From: Chara braunii
Lineage: Eukaryota > Plantae > Charophyceae
Length of the DNA: 64,000 nucleotides
Assembly (NCBI GenBank): GCA_003427395.1
Contig: BFEA01000038.1
Location: 4,910,135-4,974,134 of the forward strand
Direction of reading: 5' to 3'
Position 1 is the stretch's first letter, and every line of letters starts with the position of its first letter. The notes below the pieces were generated by a model. That model had not been told where the DNA came from and did no database searches. It was given only the letters and a program-made list of their open reading frames with translations. This document shows positions 59,801 to 64,000 of this stretch, in pieces. The position numbers and the translations under genes are program-made.

Positions 59801-62800
59801 AGTGCTTCAATAGCAGTCACCACGTTCTCAAAAATTGATCTACCGTGGACGAACGCCCCTTGATCCCTCTGAAATAGGCAAGGCAGCAGTCTGCTGAGTC
59901 TGGTAGCAAGAGTTCTGCCCAGCAACTTATAGACCACGTTCAGTAGCGATATCGGACGCCAGTTCGGAATCTCGTTGCGATCACCTTTTTTGAACAGCAG
60001 CCAGATAACGCCTCTAGTCATTGATTTGCCAGTTTGCCTCCCACCAAATTTTCATTAAACATGTCTGTCAGGTCCTTCGTCAAAAATTCCCAACAGACTG
60101 CATAAAATTTCACCGGGAGGCCGTCATCACCTGGCGCTTTCCCCCGAGCCATCCTTTTGACTGTCTGGAGAAGCTCATCTTCTGAAATCGGTCTGTCCAT
60201 CGCATGTCCGCCTTCGTCCGACACTCTTACTGAGAAGTTGTCCCACAACGCTGTGAGCTGGGACGTATCGTCGTCCAAATCATCAAATGGTCTCCTTGTA
60301 GACATTATGTCTTCGTAGTAGTCCACCGCATACCTGCACATTTCTTCGTTGGAGGTTGCCATTATTCTTAGGTAATAGTCGTTGAAAGGTCTGCTTCGTG
60401 ATTCTGACCGATGAGACAGTACCCTTAAGGGCCTTAACCTTCAATATTTGCTGCCAAGTTTCCTGTTTCCGGATTTAAAACTGGTCCCAGTCCTTGAGCT
60501 TGTCTGTCCTCTCTTCAGACCAGACGAGATCTAAGACTGCATGATACGCAATTATACCGTCGGCCTCCTGCACTCTATCGCTTAACACCTGCTCCTCTTT
60601 ATTTCTCTCGAATGCAGCAATCTGGGAGAAGACATCTAGCTTCGAGGAAATGATACGAATACCGGCATCCATCCAGTCGGCTAGCTGGTCGAACTCCAGT
60701 CTTGCAACCTTCCAGCTTTGTCAAAAGGACTCCGCCCTGTTAACCATACCATCCTCCGAAAGCAAAGCCGTGTTCAACCGGAAGTATCCAGGCCCACGCT
60801 CTTTCACCGACGCCAATTCACAATCAAGAATGACAGGCTTGTGGTCCGACATAGACTCATTCTCCATTACCACATTCTGAGCATCGCTGGTCGAGGCTGC
60901 AGATAACAGAAAGAAATCTATTCGCCTTTGGATTCCTGCCAACAGGGCAAACTGTCCGATCCATGTGAAATCCTGCGCTACTGGGTGCAAGTCCCTGTAC
61001 ACATCCCTCAAATCCCAGGCGGCCATCCATCTCAGCAGCTCCATTCTATCCCGTGTTAGCCGTTGGTCTGACTCCGAATCTAACCCCGGGGATATCACTG
61101 TGTTCCAGTCACCTGCAACTATCAGACTGAAGTGGTTGGGTAAGACATACGGGAGCATCTAAAAAAATGACTCCCTTTCCTTAACGTCATTCAGGGCATA
61201 AACTGTAGCAAAAGCCCATACCTCCTCCTCGATTTTTATCTTTACCCAACACCATCTACCCCAGGCATCGCTATTGAAATCAAACAGACTTGCCTCTAGC
61301 CTGCTGTGTATTAGGATCGCCACCCCACCTTTCGTCCCTCTCACGGGGGACCAAATTTTGAAACCGTCCCACCAGTCCTTTAGTTGGGCTAACTTGCATT
61401 CTGACAATTTGGTCTCCTGGGCAAAAAGCACATCCACCCGCTCCCTATGCACCCATGTTTTAGTCCTCTTGCATTTCGCCTTACCACCTGACTCCCCCAT
61501 CCCCCGCACATTCCAAGTCGCTAATCTGATTCTACCCATTACGAGAATTGATCATGTATGCGGCTTGGATACCTGCGGGTTGAGGGTTCAATCCTCTAAC
61601 TTCATCGCCCTCCGTCCCTAGCTCCTGCTCCTGCCACCTTCCCACTAGACACTGGCTGAATGCATTGGATAGAAGATTGACTGCACGAGGGATGTTCGGA
61701 TTGAGATCCTCCAAGCAAGCAGCGGAAACACCTGGCTCAATCGTAACCTGGGATAGGATATCAATGGACGGAAAAGTCAATGCATTCAGCGGGAAGGAAC
61801 CCAAACCAACTTGGTGAAGACCCACCCAGGCTTCAGCAGACAATCTAGCATCAATAAAAACCACCGTGAAACAAATCGACTTCTCTGGAGCAACTTCAAC
61901 CCGCAACTTTGGCATGAAGAACTCCGGGAATGTACGAAACTCAAACCTGTCATCGAACAGGTAACGAACTCTTTCTTGGATGAGCGCTGACATCGGGGGT
62001 ACCTCCAGTCCAACTGTTGGTAGGACAAGGTTTTTATCCCTATCTAACAGCCCGGTAACGAACAATTCTTTATCCTGTGCCATACACACCAGTGGTAGAG
62101 AGAATTTTTCTTCAAACGATCTCCCGTCCTGCGAGCTGGAAACGATTCCTCCCGGGATGGCGCGAGGCGACTCTTCCATTACGTCCCTACGAAGCTCTGT
62201 GGAAGCGTGAGTGCCTTGTGAGCCCCCCTCGTCTTTTGAGCCCCCAGTTTCATCCTCTGAAGGCAGCGCCCCGTGTCCTTGCGGATCTGGACGAGGGCGT
62301 AAGAGATCCGATACTGTACCTCTGCTCCCTCCTGGCCTCCCTTCCTGACCTGGATCACTCTCTGGCCAAAATACTCTGTAGTTGAGGCTTAGCCCTCTCC
62401 CAAACTGATTACGAAGCAGGAGTCCCGACGAGGATGAAGGCCTAACCAAGCTTCCATGATGTTGGTTGATGCCGGGTTGCACTCCCGACCGCGGGACGTA
62501 TGGTTGGAAACCCCGGGCCGGCCCACTCAATGGCATGAGGGGGTGGGTAGAACCAGAGCCTTGGTTTTGCCGACCTCTGCCCCTTGTGTCACCATGTTGA
62601 TGGGCGGGCGAGCGGACAACTCCGTTGCCACTACCGGCTGCTTGGCGGTCGGACCCGCGTGCGTAACCTGCCGGAAACCCTTCAGCTTGGGATCTTCCGT
62701 ACCTATCTCTCGAAATTGGAGTAGCCATTCCCCTTGTGTCCTCCTTCGCTGCCTCCTTGATGTGCCGGTTTACTGGTTGTTGACGAAATCGCCCTTCCCC

Positions 62801-64000
62801 TTGAGTTGTCGTTTCCTCCTCCTCGCCTTCTCGTGGACAACTATCTAATGAAGTGTGAAACCACCAACGGCATCTATCGCAATACGGGGTGTGCTTACAT
62901 ACGAACTTCAGCCGGAAAACCTCCTCCCCCAATCACATCGAAAGTTCCGGTTCAAACTTATCTTCCTCTTCTTTCTCCAATTCAAACTTCAGATTCATTA
63001 GTTTGGGTCTTGTACGATCTTGCTCCGGCGGAGGGCTCTTGATTACTCGGCCCATGGAAGTTTCCACCATGTTGTCCACGTGGAACATGACGCGAAGTGG
63101 TACACGAATTGCCATCACCCAGAACTTGGATTCATCTTCTAGGCGTTTTCTTTCCTCCAACTCTGACTTCGTCATCCATGGCTTGAAGTGCATGGCGTAC
63201 TCGACTCCACGAATAGAGATGGTGTCCTCAGCTTTCGCCACCAGCCACTGCGCCACCTCTCTAGATCTAGCAACATATGAGATGACATTTGGACCCTCAG
63301 CGTGTACTCTCCCACGACCAGTATTCCGTTCAAACGTTTGTTGTCGGTACCACCCATTCTCGTACGCCCTAATCAAATCTTCCCTCACTCGCATCGGGAG
63401 GTCTCTCGCAGCTCNTTGGAAAATAATTGTAACTGTACGTTCTTTTAACCAGCTGGTCGTGAGTTCATCCAGCCGGGGGCTCACTACAAAGGTTCGGACT
63501 CCTCCCTCTACTACCCATTCTCCATGACGAAANTTTTCAGGGAGCACCCCATCATCATAACACTTCGAAATTAGTAGGCGTAGTCTGTCCTCGTCGGACA
63601 CTGGCACATCTCCCGGTACCTGAGGAGTACGACCTCTCCCATCTTGCTGCCCCGCCAATCTTCCTTGTGACCCCATCCGTTTTAACTCCACTCCTCCTNN
63701 NTGTCGTGTTGACTCCCCCTACTCGTCATTGGTGGGCACCCGAATTCGGCGCACACCCTCTGGAAATTCCTCCTAGTATGCTGAGCTTTGCACTTAGTCC
63801 GCANGTACACATCTTTCACAACACTTTCGTGAGAAAGAGACAAGAAGGGACAACCTGAAGGTCTTCCTCCACTGGAGCTGGCTCGGAAATTACCGAGCAC
63901 GAAGACTCTCCAACACCTCGGTCACCGTGTCGGTGACTCGCTGTGATGGCTGCCTCGGTACTACCCGAGGGCAAGACAAGAAGGGACAACCCAAAGGTCT
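56828..64000 (-). mobile_element. L1/Tx1-like LINE, copy 2, decayed
   Basis: Poly(A) at 56828-56853; ORF2 61539-57341 (MGRIRLATWNVRG, APE, RT, zf-RVT); ORF1 from >=63691 to 61532, overlapping the ORF2 start by 8 bp. Confidence 0.93.

Larger units (their letters stand above)
53376..64000. repeat. Composite duplicated unit, copy 2 (runs off the window)
   Basis: Colinear with 23708-34671. Confidence 0.95.

Overview
Eukaryotic, repeat-dense draft-assembly window with six N gaps. The style of the retroelements and hypothetical proteins suggests a streptophyte alga such as Chara; that is an inference, not a database result. No intact host housekeeping gene, rRNA, tRNA or CRISPR array is seen. The right three-quarters (19.2-64 kb) is nested retroelements. 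These are a probable solo LTR, a gag-only LTR element remnant, a full Ty3/Gypsy element (35591-49893) whose integrase is preceded by a PHD finger, a chromodomain-bearing Gypsy pol, and two diverged copies of a >10 kb composite unit (PPT + LTR-like start + LINE tail + L1/Tx1-like LINE). One LINE copy carries a 467-bp group II intron RT fragment. The left part (1-22 kb) is the most unusual. It holds two convergent Ulp1/C48 SUMO-protease pseudogenes and a decayed ~2000-codon minus-strand gene with a ParB/Srx-like domain, a degenerate beta-class N4C/N6A DNA-methyltransferase-like domain and a Gly/Ser linker, probably spliced to one Ulp1. Three arrays of one covarying 17-bp palindrome each sit directly upstream of a gene in this cluster. 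Domain calls are by eye from motif spacing and need HMM or structure confirmation.
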